From positions 441,337-505,336 of the forward strand of contig PHAO01000001.1 in the NCBI GenBank assembly GCA_002840365.1: a DNA stretch of 64,000 bases, written 5' to 3'. This DNA comes from Candidatus Dojkabacteria bacterium HGW-Dojkabacteria-1. Its GTDB lineage: Bacteria; Patescibacteriota; Dojkabacteria; SC72. Position numbers and translations under genes: made by a program. The notes beneath the pieces were generated by a model that worked only from the letters and a program-made list of their open reading frames with translations, was not told where the DNA came from and did not search any database. This document shows positions 17,611 through 27,696 of the stretch, in pieces (position 1 is the first letter of the stretch; every line of letters begins with the position of its first letter).

Positions 17611-19125
17611 TTACAAACTCTTAATATCTTCATCACAATGAGGTACACCCTTCATACCTTCATTGTATGATCCAAGAATACCTGCTAAATCAATGAATTG
17701 CTTCCTTAGAGTAGAGTTCCCTTTCAAAGCTTTTATCTGAGCAGGAGTGTAAGTATTAAACAATATTGTTGCAGAATTAAATGCTGTATGTACTGCTGGT
17801 GGCATATCAGCATCATTTAATTCATTCATTTGAGCGGCAATATATTGGTGTGCTAAGTTGTAATATGCATTACCTGCAGGAGGAGTCCACATTACCTTGT
17901 GATATGACATACCACTAAGGAAAAAGGTAGTTTCCGCACCACTAGGGTTTAATAGTGCCCATGTTGAATCATATGGTGCTGGACCAAATTCTGAGTGAGT
18001 CTTCCAATATCCTTGAGTTAATGTACAACCCATTACACAATCAACAAATATCGCTATTGTTACAGAAGAGTCTCCTGTAGATTCTGATGTATTAGTTATG
18101 AAAGATGCTGTATTAGTATATTCTGATTCCCCACACATATCACTAGGTACTTCCATACTGTATGGTATTTCTTCTTCAAACTCTCCTGTTCCAGTGGCAC
18201 AAACTTCTCCAAGAGAACCAAACTTATCATCATCTACATCTACACAATCATCCTCTTTGTATATCTTTGCAGAAGCAAAACTTACATATTCTTGGGCACT
18301 ATCACCCCCAACAGGACCAATTGTCGTAACTAAAAGATAATTAACTCTATCATCTCCGTCATCAAGAGGAGAATAATATTTACATGTAAGTGTTTCTCCA
18401 CTTGGTAATATATAGTTATTCATTGGAGTAATGATTGCCCCACAATCAATAGTTGGAAACACATTCTCTTTGCCATCAGCTTTAATCATATCTTGAACAG
18501 ATGTTATTGTTGCATTTTCTGGCCCAGGATTATTAATTGTAATTTTTCCCCATACTTTCCAATCACTATCGTCAGGATTTGCAGTTAACTTTACAAGATA
18601 TTGAACATAGAAGGATTGTCCCTTTGCAAGATTTAATTCACTATCAGATTCATTTTTTAACATTTTTTCAATTGTCCAATCCCATGTTCTTTTTAAAGAA
18701 GTCTTCACCGTTTTATCTACTTCTAACTCATAATCATAACAGAATGATATATGGCTTAATCCATATGGCTTATCATTATTTGGATTTATTGGAGCTGATA
18801 AAGTTGTATCACTTGTTGCTTCAGGATTGTATACATAGAGATTTGCATTTGGTCCTCCCTTTACAACAACTGCATCAATACCAATATCTGATTCCCAAGA
18901 TACATATGGGTCATTAACATCAATAGTAACATTTTTTGTTCCATACAAATTGTATGTTCCTGAAGTTACTGGTTTTATCTTTTTTTCTATACCATATCCC
19001 AAATCTCCACATGTTGGATTCCCATCTACAAAAGTTGGAGTAACACTCGCAGCTCTTGCTGGAGAAACTAACATTAATGGTATAGCTAGGATAATAAATG
19101 AGAAGAGGAGTTTATATATTCTCAT
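17611..19125 (-). CDS. large secreted protein of unknown function
   Basis: 504 aa; N-terminal signal peptide (MRIYKLLFSFIILAIPLMLVSPARA); many Cys; no family recognised. Confidence 0.55.
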   Translation of the reverse strand: MRIYKLLFSFIILAIPLMLVSPARAASVTPTFVDGNPTCGDLGYGIEKKIKPVTSGTYNLYGTKNVTIDVNDPYVSWESDIGIDAVVVKGGPNANLYVYNPEATSDTTLSAPINPNNDKPYGLSHISFCYDYELEVDKTVKTSLKRTWDWTIEKMLKNESDSELNLAKGQSFYVQYLVKLTANPDDSDWKVWGKITINNPGPENATITSVQDMIKADGKENVFPTIDCGAIITPMNNYILPSGETLTCKYYSPLDDGDDRVNYLLVTTIGPVGGDSAQEYVSFASAKIYKEDDCVDVDDDKFGSLGEVCATGTGEFEEEIPYSMEVPSDMCGESEYTNTASFITNTSESTGDSSVTIAIFVDCVMGCTLTQGYWKTHSEFGPAPYDSTWALLNPSGAETTFFLSGMSYHKVMWTPPAGNAYYNLAHQYIAAQMNELNDADMPPAVHTAFNSATILFNTYTPAQIKALKGNSTLRKQFIDLAGILGSYNEGMKGVPHCDEDIKSL

Positions 19126-19190
19126 AGCAAAAATGAATAAATTTAATTTGCCTATCTAAATGTTAGCACGTGAGAAATATTTGTCAATAA

Positions 19191-19583
19191 TTAATAATAT
19201 TGACCAGTCTGATAGTAAAAATCATCCTCTACTACAAAGTTATGCCATATATCATGTCTCTCTTCACAAGAAAGAGGAAGCATATCAAGTGGCCAATACA
19301 ACATACCCTCAAAATCTGTATATGAATAGTAAGTAAGAAGAATAGGGTGATCTGGTTCACTTCCATTCATAACTTTGACAGGACAAACTTCTACTGTAAA
19401 ATTTTCTCTGTTAGGATAATGATCTATTCTTAAAATTTCTCGAGATGCATCATATACCTTCCAATAAAGTTCAGGAAGTTCCTCTCTTACCCTAGCTGCT
19501 CTTTGGAAAAAAAGTTCTTGAAAGTTTTCATCTTCAAGTGGTGTATATGGTAATTCTCCTGTATATTCTCTGGTTCTTAACAT
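19191..19583 (-). CDS. hypothetical protein
   Basis: 130-aa ORF, no motif recognised. Confidence 0.4.
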   Translation of the reverse strand: MLRTREYTGELPYTPLEDENFQELFFQRAARVREELPELYWKVYDASREILRIDHYPNRENFTVEVCPVKVMNGSEPDHPILLTYYSYTDFEGMLYWPLDMLPLSCEERHDIWHNFVVEDDFYYQTGQYY

Positions 19584-19651
19584 ATCCTAAAATATACTAG
19601 CATATTTCTTACCAAATATTGTAGTATGTATATATTGATTAGCTGCCCAAT

Positions 19652-20176
19652 ATGTTTCTTTCAAACAAAACAATACAAGAATATATAGAGAGTGGGAAAA
19701 TATCTGTAATAGGGGATATAGAGTTAGAATCCACTGGACTTGCTGTACACTTAGGAAGTGAATTGTTAATCCCAAAAGATGGACAAACTTTTGATAGTAA
19801 AAATCCAATCGAAATCAAATATGATAGATACAATTTAAACAATTCCCCATACATTCTTAAACCTAATAACTTTGTTTTAGGTATTACAAAACAAAGCATA
19901 AACACAGACAAAGACATATTAACAATGATTGATGGTAGAAGTACATATGCAAGAGCAGGAATGACAATTCATCTTTGTGCAATGATATTAGATGGTGTTC
20001 CCTTTAATATTGAAAATTCTGTATTAGAGATAAAGAATTTGGGTAATTGTAATATATTACTCCACCCAGGAGAAAAGATAGGGACATATCTTTTTGCAAA
20101 ACTTTCATCATCAATTGAAGGGGAGAAAGATAGTAAATATACTAATCAAAATTCTGTAATACCGCCACAATTTTAG
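19652..20176 (+). CDS. dcd: dCTP deaminase
   Basis: 'GRSTYARAGMTIH' matches the Dcd 'GKSSLARLGL' motif; 174 aa; dUTPase-like fold family. Confidence 0.75.
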   Translation: MFLSNKTIQEYIESGKISVIGDIELESTGLAVHLGSELLIPKDGQTFDSKNPIEIKYDRYNLNNSPYILKPNNFVLGITKQSINTDKDILTMIDGRSTYARAGMTIHLCAMILDGVPFNIENSVLEIKNLGNCNILLHPGEKIGTYLFAKLSSSIEGEKDSKYTNQNSVIPPQF

Positions 20177-20559
20177 AGATGATGCTCTTCTTCTGCTAAC
20201 ATTGCTTCTTCTTTCGTTACATGCTCCGTATTTTCTGGATGATTAGAAGGTGCATATATTGTATACAGCTTTAAAGTCTCTGTTTCAGAAACATTAATTA
20301 CATTATGAAGTGAACCAGCAGGAACAATTATTACCATATCTTCATCAACAATATGCTCCTCACCACCAATAATTACTTTGGCCTCTCCTTCTTCTACTCT
20401 AAAAAATTGGTCTACATTGTCATGAACCTCTTCACCAATATCCTCACCTGGTTTAAGAGACATAACTACTAATTGCATATATGTACCTGTAAATAGAACC
20501 TTTCTAAAACTACTATTCTCCTTTGTCCTATCCTCAATATTGTCTACATATCCTTTCAT
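20173..20559 (-). CDS. cupin domain protein
   Basis: 128 aa; cupin motifs with His/Glu residues (EEVHDNVDQFF...IVPAGSLHNV). Confidence 0.6.
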   Translation of the reverse strand: MKGYVDNIEDRTKENSSFRKVLFTGTYMQLVVMSLKPGEDIGEEVHDNVDQFFRVEEGEAKVIIGGEEHIVDEDMVIIVPAGSLHNVINVSETETLKLYTIYAPSNHPENTEHVTKEEAMLAEEEHHL

Positions 20560-20605
20560 ATTTTTTAACTACTAAAATTATCTATATATTTTTAGTATAC
20601 CACTT

Positions 20606-21694
20606 TTATCTTAGTGAATATTTAAGGTCTAAAATCTTTAATACTTTTCTGTTTAAATCCTCCTCTTTGATAACTCCCTCTTTTACAGCCTCTAAGACTG
20701 CTCTGTATGCTTCTGCTTGTTCTTCAGGTTCACCCGTATATATCAAAATATCATTTCCAACTAATACTGCCTTAACTGCTGCTTCTCTTACAGAATACAT
20801 GTCATAAATTGATTTCATCTGCATATCATCTGTAATAATCAAACCTTCAAATCCAAGCTCTTTTCTTAAAAGGGTATCAACAAAATAGCTGGAAACAGTT
20901 GTAGGGTTATCTTTATCTATCTTCGGAAAAAGCATATGACCAGTCATAACAGTATCGGTATATTTGAGAACTTCTTTAAATTGAAAAATATATTCATCAA
21001 GCTCATCAGCTGAAATATCAACACTATCTAATTGTGAGTGAGAATCTAATGTCTCATTACTGTGTCCTGGAAAATGTTTTACAGAAGAAATAATGCCTGC
21101 ACTTTTGTATCCTTTAACCATTGCAACAGCTAAATCAGAAACCTCTTGAGGTGTACCTCTAAACGATCTTGTAAAAAGAAATGACTGCTCATTGGTTACA
21201 TGGTCTAATACAGGAGAAAAATTCATATTAATACCCAATTCCTTTAATTGCTTACCTCTATCCTTTGCAACTTTAAAAGCCTCTTTTTCATTCTCTATGT
21301 CATACTGAGAAATATCATATGTATCTTCAAACCAAATTCTAGCCACTTCTCCTCCCTCTTGATCTACACTAATGAAAAGTGGAATTTTAGAAAGAGCTTG
21401 AAGTGAAGATGTAAGTTTTGTGACCTGTTCTTCACTATCAATATTGTAACCAAGAAGTATTACTCCACCAATATATCTTTCTTTAATCATTTTAGTAATG
21501 TAATAGTCGGGTTCCTTTCCCCAAAATCCAAAGATAAAGAGCTGTCCTACTTTCTCTTCTAATGTCATTTCACTTAGCATTTGTTGTGTGTCTACTCTTT
21601 TACCTGAAAAATATGGTGTAAGAAAACCAATAGCGATAGTACAAAATATTAAAAATACAACCAAGAGCAGAATTTTTGAAATATTCTTTTTCAA
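20606..21694 (-). CDS. nagZ: beta-N-acetylhexosaminidase, GH3 family (NagZ-like), membrane-anchored
   Basis: GH3 N-terminal domain motifs 'VGQLF', 'SVDQEGG' and 'KHFPGHS..TLDSH'; N-terminal TM helix. Confidence 0.7.
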   Translation of the reverse strand: MKKNISKILLLVVFLIFCTIAIGFLTPYFSGKRVDTQQMLSEMTLEEKVGQLFIFGFWGKEPDYYITKMIKERYIGGVILLGYNIDSEEQVTKLTSSLQALSKIPLFISVDQEGGEVARIWFEDTYDISQYDIENEKEAFKVAKDRGKQLKELGINMNFSPVLDHVTNEQSFLFTRSFRGTPQEVSDLAVAMVKGYKSAGIISSVKHFPGHSNETLDSHSQLDSVDISADELDEYIFQFKEVLKYTDTVMTGHMLFPKIDKDNPTTVSSYFVDTLLRKELGFEGLIITDDMQMKSIYDMYSVREAAVKAVLVGNDILIYTGEPEEQAEAYRAVLEAVKEGVIKEEDLNRKVLKILDLKYSLR

Positions 21695-22473
21695 CTCTTT
21701 TTTACAAAAATTTTAGGTAAAAGAATCCCTGTATTATGTATGTACTCGAGATACTTTTCATTACTTCCATACCTTTCCATATCTCTTTTTTCTAACGTTG
21801 GTATTCCTGTTACAAAAAGGAGTAGGTAGGTAATATACATTGGAGAAATAACTGTAAATATTGCCCAATCATTAATGTATGGTAGTACGTATACAAAGAC
21901 TCCTAACCACATTAATATTTCTCCTAAATAGTTAGGGTGTCTGGAATATTTCCAAAGTCCACTCTGTATCCATTTGCCTCTATTCTCTTTCTTACTTTTG
22001 AATATATATTTTTGTATATCTGCACTAGATTCAAGTAATATCCCTAAGATTGCAATTAAGAATCCAATATATGAAAAAGTAGAAATATGTGTGCTCTGTT
22101 CTAAAAGTAGGGCATATGTAGTAGGTAGAAGTATAATAAAGACGGATATTGCTTGTAATATCCAAAATCCAGCAAACTTCAAAGGTTTCTCCCTTATTCC
22201 ATCAAATCTTTCATCCTTACCTGTTTTCAATATTCTTATAAAAAGATATATCGCTAATCTTAAACCCCAAACTACTATTAGAAGTGCTAATAACCACTTG
22301 TAAATGGATATGTATTCTGATGCAAGAGATATGGATGCGATAGAAGCAACAATAAATGTTAAACCATATGAAAGATCCGTTACCTTATCTGTTTTTTGTA
22401 TTACAGCATAAGTAAAGAATATTAACTGTAGAAAAAATATTACTCCAAATACAATTAAAATATTTGTAAGCAT
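21691..22473 (-). CDS. membrane methyltransferase of the ICMT/PEMT/DUF1295 family
   Basis: Multi-TM; conserved 'RHPNYLGE' motif near the C-terminus. Confidence 0.55.
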   Translation of the reverse strand: MLTNILIVFGVIFFLQLIFFTYAVIQKTDKVTDLSYGLTFIVASIASISLASEYISIYKWLLALLIVVWGLRLAIYLFIRILKTGKDERFDGIREKPLKFAGFWILQAISVFIILLPTTYALLLEQSTHISTFSYIGFLIAILGILLESSADIQKYIFKSKKENRGKWIQSGLWKYSRHPNYLGEILMWLGVFVYVLPYINDWAIFTVISPMYITYLLLFVTGIPTLEKRDMERYGSNEKYLEYIHNTGILLPKIFVKKS

Positions 22474-22687
22474 ATATATTTAAACTAAGGTTATATCAAT
22501 ATTATACTCAATCTTAAAAAATAGTAAATCAATCAAACCTTAGACCTCTAGTATTGCAAGCAAAGAATATAATTAATATTTAGAAAAGGTATTACTATCA
22601 AAATATCAGACTAACATTTTATATCCCTTAGTATTTTTCTGATAATATTTGTTTGACAACACTTTGTAAGTCATGTAACTTTGAAAT

Positions 22688-22929
22688 ACTAGGATATTCA
22701 AATCCTAATAGCTGGCCCTTGAGGCAGTTGTACTGGTATTGGTCCAAACACCTTTATCTTTACTGCTATGGATGAGAATAATATTGTATGGTGGCTTCGG
22801 TCTCCATCGCCTAAATAGTTGATTGGTGTCAAAGCTAATCGTTTATTCTATTTAGGTTAATTCTTGTGCTGAGATGCACATGTTCCTGGTATTGAGCAGT
22901 GCAGTTTGGTGTGCTGTTCTTTTTTTTTT
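22688..22929 (+). ncRNA. candidate small structured RNA ending at an intrinsic terminator
   Basis: 450-nt intergenic gap in a compact genome; several local hairpins (taggat/atccta, ctaaatag/ctatttag, gtgc/gcac); TTGACA-like -35 at 22653; a plus-strand terminator at 22894-22929 with no plus-strand CDS upstream. Confidence 0.2.
22894..22929 (+). terminator. rho-independent terminator (6-bp stem with one G-U, followed by T10)
   Basis: GAGCAG-(14 nt)-CTGTTC followed by TTTTTTTTTT; seen directly. Confidence 0.4.
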
Positions 22930-22931
22930 CT

Positions 22932-24530
22932 TTATATCTCGAACAGTTTCCTAATTTCTCTTACTTTGGCTGTTGCTAATTCTAAAATTGAAATAGCATC
23001 GACTAATACATTTCCATTGTACTCATCTTCCTCTTGTAGTTTGGTAACATGCTCATCAAAATGTTGCTGAATATGCTCTGTGAGTCTTAATTCCCTCTCC
23101 TTTATACTCTTTAACTTCTCATCAGAAGGCTCTAGTATTAATGGGATTAATTCTCTTACTAAATCTAAGAATTCACTTTGAATAGAACTCAACTGATCGA
23201 TACAGACATCTTTTTTCGCAACACCTAAAGTATGCATTCTTGTAAATACCTCTGACAGATCCTGTCCTAAATCGCCAATCTGTTCAATATTGTTAGAAAT
23301 CTTTACTAACAAGACACTACTTTTAGCATCCATAGCTGACAATTTCTTTTTTGCTAACCTTAGAATTGCTTTCGTAATTTCATCATCAAGATAGTCATTT
23401 AGAGCTTCTAATTTTTGAATCTTCATTAAACTCTGCTTACCAGAGTTGTAATATACAGCAATAGCTTCTTCATATATATGAATTGTATTTTCAATAGAGT
23501 AAATCATTTCCCTTTTAATATCTTGTATTTGTTTTTTAGGAGGATCTTCATCTCCATTAAGATACTTAGGTTTGAAAAGAACCTCTTCTTCATCTCCAGG
23601 AACTAACTTAAGTATTAATTTTTCAAACGGAGTTAACAAAAGAAGGAATATCGAGGAATTTATTACATTAAACATTACATGAGCAAGAGCTGCCTGTTGT
23701 GCTGCACCATTTACGAGAGAGGTAATGAATGTCGTGAAGTAGGGAAGCAGTAGCATGAAAAGAGAAGTACCAAAAAAATTGAAAAGTACGTTAGCAATAC
23801 CTGCTCTCTTTGAATGAAGAGAAAGCCTTGATGAAGCGATAAAGGCAGTAACACTTGAGCCTAGGTTCGCACCAAGTACCATAGGAATTGCAACTTCAAT
23901 CGGAATCAATCCTTCCATAGCTAATATGACTACAATACCAGAAGTCACAGAACTCGATTGTATAATTGCAGTAAAGAAAGCACTAACAAAATACGCTATT
24001 AAGGGATTTGAAAGGTTTGCGAAAATCTCAACAATCTCATTATTATCCCTTAATGGAGCAATAGTTGATGAAAGTAATCCTAAACAGAAAAGAATAAAAC
24101 CAAGAAAAAATATTGGTTTACTAATTAAACGGAACTTGCTTCCCAAAAGTTTCATCAATGTACCAACGATAATGAGAATAGGGGCTAAAGCCGTTGAACT
24201 AAGAAGGGCAAGTTGAGCAGTAACAGTAGTACCTATCTTCGAACCAAATATTATTGCTAAGCTATTTCGAAATGAGAGAACACCAGTATTAACAAGAACA
24301 ACAGTTATAACTGAAACAGCAGAACTAGATTGTATTACTGCAGTAGAGATTGCTCCTGCAAGTAATCCTGCTATCCTGTTTTTTGATATCTTGCCAATAA
24401 AATCTCTAAACTTATCTGAAGCTAGAGATTGTAATTCACTACTTAGATTATCAATTGCATACAAAAAAAGAATCAATGCAGAAACAATTCCAAGTGCAAT
24501 TTTTAAATATATTGGATCAATATCAAACAT
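22932..24530 (-). CDS. Na+/phosphate symporter (NptA-like) with C-terminal PhoU-like domains
   Basis: 532 aa; duplicated 'QSSSA/QSSSV' Na/Pi-cotransporter signature; cytoplasmic helical C-terminus. Confidence 0.7.
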   Translation of the reverse strand: MFDIDPIYLKIALGIVSALILFLYAIDNLSSELQSLASDKFRDFIGKISKNRIAGLLAGAISTAVIQSSSAVSVITVVLVNTGVLSFRNSLAIIFGSKIGTTVTAQLALLSSTALAPILIIVGTLMKLLGSKFRLISKPIFFLGFILFCLGLLSSTIAPLRDNNEIVEIFANLSNPLIAYFVSAFFTAIIQSSSVTSGIVVILAMEGLIPIEVAIPMVLGANLGSSVTAFIASSRLSLHSKRAGIANVLFNFFGTSLFMLLLPYFTTFITSLVNGAAQQAALAHVMFNVINSSIFLLLLTPFEKLILKLVPGDEEEVLFKPKYLNGDEDPPKKQIQDIKREMIYSIENTIHIYEEAIAVYYNSGKQSLMKIQKLEALNDYLDDEITKAILRLAKKKLSAMDAKSSVLLVKISNNIEQIGDLGQDLSEVFTRMHTLGVAKKDVCIDQLSSIQSEFLDLVRELIPLILEPSDEKLKSIKERELRLTEHIQQHFDEHVTKLQEEDEYNGNVLVDAISILELATAKVREIRKLFEI

Positions 24531-24634
24531 ACTCTATTTAATCTATCACATCTTTTAATATCCTCCAACTATATATACTTGTACAAATTTAAAAAGGAAT
24601 ATATATTTAGATATATAAACTAATTACCCTTGTC

Positions 24635-25396
24635 ATGGATAAATACAAAAATCTCAGGGTATATAACATTGTAATGGGTATCTTCCATTTTATCCAAAGT
24701 GTTTTAATGTTTTTCTTAAGTAATGATTTTTCACTACCAGTAAACACAAGCTATTTAAAATTCGATGTTCAATCATTAACTCTGCAACCACTTTTAGAGA
24801 ATGTCGGAGATTTAAGAGTAGGATACTTAGTAGCTCTTTTCTTACTACTTTCTTCAATTTCTCACTTTGTAATTTCTCTTCCAAAGGTATATGAGTGGTA
24901 TATTGCGAATTTAAAGAAAGGTATTAACTATGCGAGATGGTATGAATATGCAATAAGTTCCTCAGTTATGATTGTCGTAATAGCAATGCTTGTTGGAGTA
25001 TACGATCTTAGTTCCCTTCTTCTCATCTTCTTTATGAATATGATGATGATTCTCTTTGGCCTAATGATGGAACTACATAATCAAGCAACAAAGAGAACAG
25101 ATTGGACTTCATACATATTTGGTTGTATTGCTGGAATTCTTCCATGGGTAGTAATAGCATTGTATCTTTTCGAATCTGGAGATGGAGAAAACAAAGCTCC
25201 TGATTTCGTATATTGGATATTCTTTAGTATATTCCTATTCTTTAATACCTTTGCCGTTAATATGGTACTACAATACAAGAAAGTCGGTAAATGGAGTGAC
25301 TATACATACGGAGAAAAAGTATATATTTTACTTAGTTTAGTTGCAAAATCTCTACTTGCATGGCAAGTATTTGCAGGAACATTAAGACCAGTATAA
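24635..25396 (+). CDS. heliorhodopsin (7-TM retinal protein)
   Basis: 253 aa. Strong resemblance to heliorhodopsin 48C12: 'FHFIQ...NDF(S/A)LP', 'RW(Y/V)EY(A/S)(I/L)SSSVMIV', 'FGCIAGI(L/V)PW' and TM7 'LSLVAKSLLAWQ(V/I)F(A/S)GTL' with Lys238. Glu104 is at the counter-ion position. Confidence 0.8.
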   Translation: MDKYKNLRVYNIVMGIFHFIQSVLMFFLSNDFSLPVNTSYLKFDVQSLTLQPLLENVGDLRVGYLVALFLLLSSISHFVISLPKVYEWYIANLKKGINYARWYEYAISSSVMIVVIAMLVGVYDLSSLLLIFFMNMMMILFGLMMELHNQATKRTDWTSYIFGCIAGILPWVVIALYLFESGDGENKAPDFVYWIFFSIFLFFNTFAVNMVLQYKKVGKWSDYTYGEKVYILLSLVAKSLLAWQVFAGTLRPV

Positions 25397-25399
25397 GGA

Positions 25400-25615
25400 T
25401 TACTCTGCTGGGATAGGTCCACCATGATCACCACTGATGACAATACCATCAGGTCCAAAAGCGCCCATTCTTACCATCTCCATTAATTCTCCGATGGTAA
25501 GTGCGTCAGGGTCAAAATCATCAGGATTATATCCAAGCGATAAAAGAATATCTCTCAAACTTGAAGATGGTTCTTCTCTTGGACTTTCTTCTGTGTAGTT
25601 TATTTCATTTTCCAT
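25400..25615 (-). CDS. small acidic hypothetical protein
   Basis: 71-aa ORF. Confidence 0.3.
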   Translation of the reverse strand: MENEINYTEESPREEPSSSLRDILLSLGYNPDDFDPDALTIGELMEMVRMGAFGPDGIVISGDHGGPIPAE

Positions 25616-25636
25616 AGTTAGATTATACCATTTTTT

Positions 25637-26050
25637 CTAAAAAAGGTCTTCACAACAACTTTCTCTGATTCTTTCTAGATGTTCACGGTAAAGGAAAATA
25701 GCAGGTATTCCACTTTCTTCAATTCTTTGTCTTTGTCTCTGTTTTCTTAATCTTGTCTTCCTATCTGAGTTCCCATTACCACCATTCTCATAAAGAAGAG
25801 TTATCTCAACAATCTTACCTGTTCTTGTTTTCGGATTAAAAACAAAGAAATCTGGGACACAATCTAAATCCTCAATGTAGGGCTCTCTGTATACAATCAT
25901 ACCCCTGTCAATTAATAGTTCTAGAAATCTACCCTCGTAGTCATTCATTCCATATTCAGGAAATTCTACAGGAGAATCTACATAAAGATTGGGATACAAA
26001 TCTGATATATATCTGGAGAGTTCTTCGTATGAATATTCTTGTTCTAGCAT
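25637..26050 (-). CDS. hypothetical protein
   Basis: 137 aa; Arg/Gln-rich segment; possible PD-(D/E)xK-like core (DLDCVPDFFVF...EIT), unverified. Confidence 0.4.
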   Translation of the reverse strand: MLEQEYSYEELSRYISDLYPNLYVDSPVEFPEYGMNDYEGRFLELLIDRGMIVYREPYIEDLDCVPDFFVFNPKTRTGKIVEITLLYENGGNGNSDRKTRLRKQRQRQRIEESGIPAIFLYREHLERIRESCCEDLF

Positions 26051-26313
26051 GTAGGTAAAATATGTAGCAGGTATATCACCATAGTAAATGCAAAAGGGAT
26101 ATCTTACAAGACCGATAGTGTTGATTAATAGGGCGGAAAGAAATATAATTGCACATTAATACCAATGTACCACAAATACTTGATATTAACCTAGTACAAC
26201 TATATAGGTTGTATTGTTCTTTAAAAAGTGAATAGAATCGAATTGATGGACGATTAATGTTTTTTCGTGAATATCAATCGTCCATCAAAATTCAAACCAG
26301 AAAGGAGTTCGCC

Positions 26314-27693
26314 ATGTTGTTCATACTAGCGGGGCTAGCAACGATAGGCGGAATCCTTTTCGTTGCGTTGCCAGAAGTTGTAAAACAAGATATCCTCTTC
26401 AAGATTGTTGAGGCTCTATCTAAAGGAGCGCACACTGCTTCCGATATTGTTGCAAAAGCCGGAGAAGGAATTGTGAAATTCCTACTTCGAGGAACCATAG
26501 TTGGTACAGTAGCCGTAGTAGGCTTCTCTGTGCTAGACATGGTTGCTGATCATAGATTGCAAATGCCAACGTCACAGGTCCAGATATTGAAAGATTACTG
26601 GCACTTGATTGACAAGGCAGCACAAGAGAGCGACACCGACCCATATATGATTGCAGCCGTTTGGCGAGTGGAGAACTCTCTGCTACCATCTGGCCCAAAC
26701 AATCAGCAGGGAATCGGTGGATTCTACTCTGCGGTACAAGCTGGGGAGAGATTTCCTGTTGGCCAACTCTCAGATGGAGAAATCCTCAGTCAGTTGACAC
26801 GCATTGGAAATATACTCCATGGTAAGTGCCCAGGTGTAGATATTAGCTATGCATCCCAAAACAACCATTCTGAAGATCACATGTGGAGCAGAGCTCTTTG
26901 CTTTGCAACCTACAATGGATCTCAAGGAACACTTGTAAGGGGTGTGTATCAATCAAATGGCCAAGTCTTTAACAACCTCCCTGGACATCCTCAAACAAAC
27001 GGCCTAAACATTTGTTTGACAGATGGTTGTACCAGGAGAGGACCTATGCAACATGATGGCTATGAAACAAGCTACAGAAAGATCAAAGCCCATGTTGTAA
27101 GTCATCCTCAGATGACAGGAGGTAAAGTAACAGCACCAATAGAAGCAGTAATACGTATAACCGACAAGGTCTCTGGAGAATTAGAGCGAATGGCAATGGC
27201 TTTAGACGCCATAACCATAGCTTGGAAAGCTCAGAACATTGTCGAAGAGGCATATGCTTCAGTTGTTAAACCCCCACCAGAGGGTAAACTAGCATGGCCT
27301 GGTCCAAGCAATACCTGGATTCAGTTCGCCTTTGGAAGTCCACCGGGATACTCCTGGTCGAGTTTTCATAACGGCGTAGACATAGATGCTCCAGGGTTTA
27401 CACCCTTCACAGTGACTTCCGCTTCAACAGGGAAAGTCATATATGCCCAACGCATGGATTCATGCAATGTTGGCGTAGTGAAGGTTCAATGGACCCCAGA
27501 GTTAGTAATAAACTATGTTCATTTGGATCCAGATTCTTTAATGGTAGGGAAAGGTGACAAGGTAGAAGTAGGGCAAATTATCGGAACCGTTTTTAACGGC
27601 AAAACCACCTGCTCGGATGGACCACACTTGCACTTCATGGTCGTTCGAAATGGTGTACCAATCAATCCACAACAATTTCTAGTAAAGGAGTAA
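26314..27693 (+). CDS. membrane-anchored bifunctional cell-wall hydrolase: lytic-transglycosylase-like domain plus C-terminal M23 (LytM) peptidase
   Basis: M23 motifs 'FHNGVDI' (HxxxD) and 'HLHFMV' (HxH). Middle 'IAAVWRVENS' resembles the SLT catalytic Glu-Ser region. RBS AAAGGAG before ATG 26314; the ORF track starts at 26257. GC-richer than the genome by eye. Confidence 0.6.
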   Translation: MLFILAGLATIGGILFVALPEVVKQDILFKIVEALSKGAHTASDIVAKAGEGIVKFLLRGTIVGTVAVVGFSVLDMVADHRLQMPTSQVQILKDYWHLIDKAAQESDTDPYMIAAVWRVENSLLPSGPNNQQGIGGFYSAVQAGERFPVGQLSDGEILSQLTRIGNILHGKCPGVDISYASQNNHSEDHMWSRALCFATYNGSQGTLVRGVYQSNGQVFNNLPGHPQTNGLNICLTDGCTRRGPMQHDGYETSYRKIKAHVVSHPQMTGGKVTAPIEAVIRITDKVSGELERMAMALDAITIAWKAQNIVEEAYASVVKPPPEGKLAWPGPSNTWIQFAFGSPPGYSWSSFHNGVDIDAPGFTPFTVTSASTGKVIYAQRMDSCNVGVVKVQWTPELVINYVHLDPDSLMVGKGDKVEVGQIIGTVFNGKTTCSDGPHLHFMVVRNGVPINPQQFLVKE

Positions 27694-27696
27694 TTG

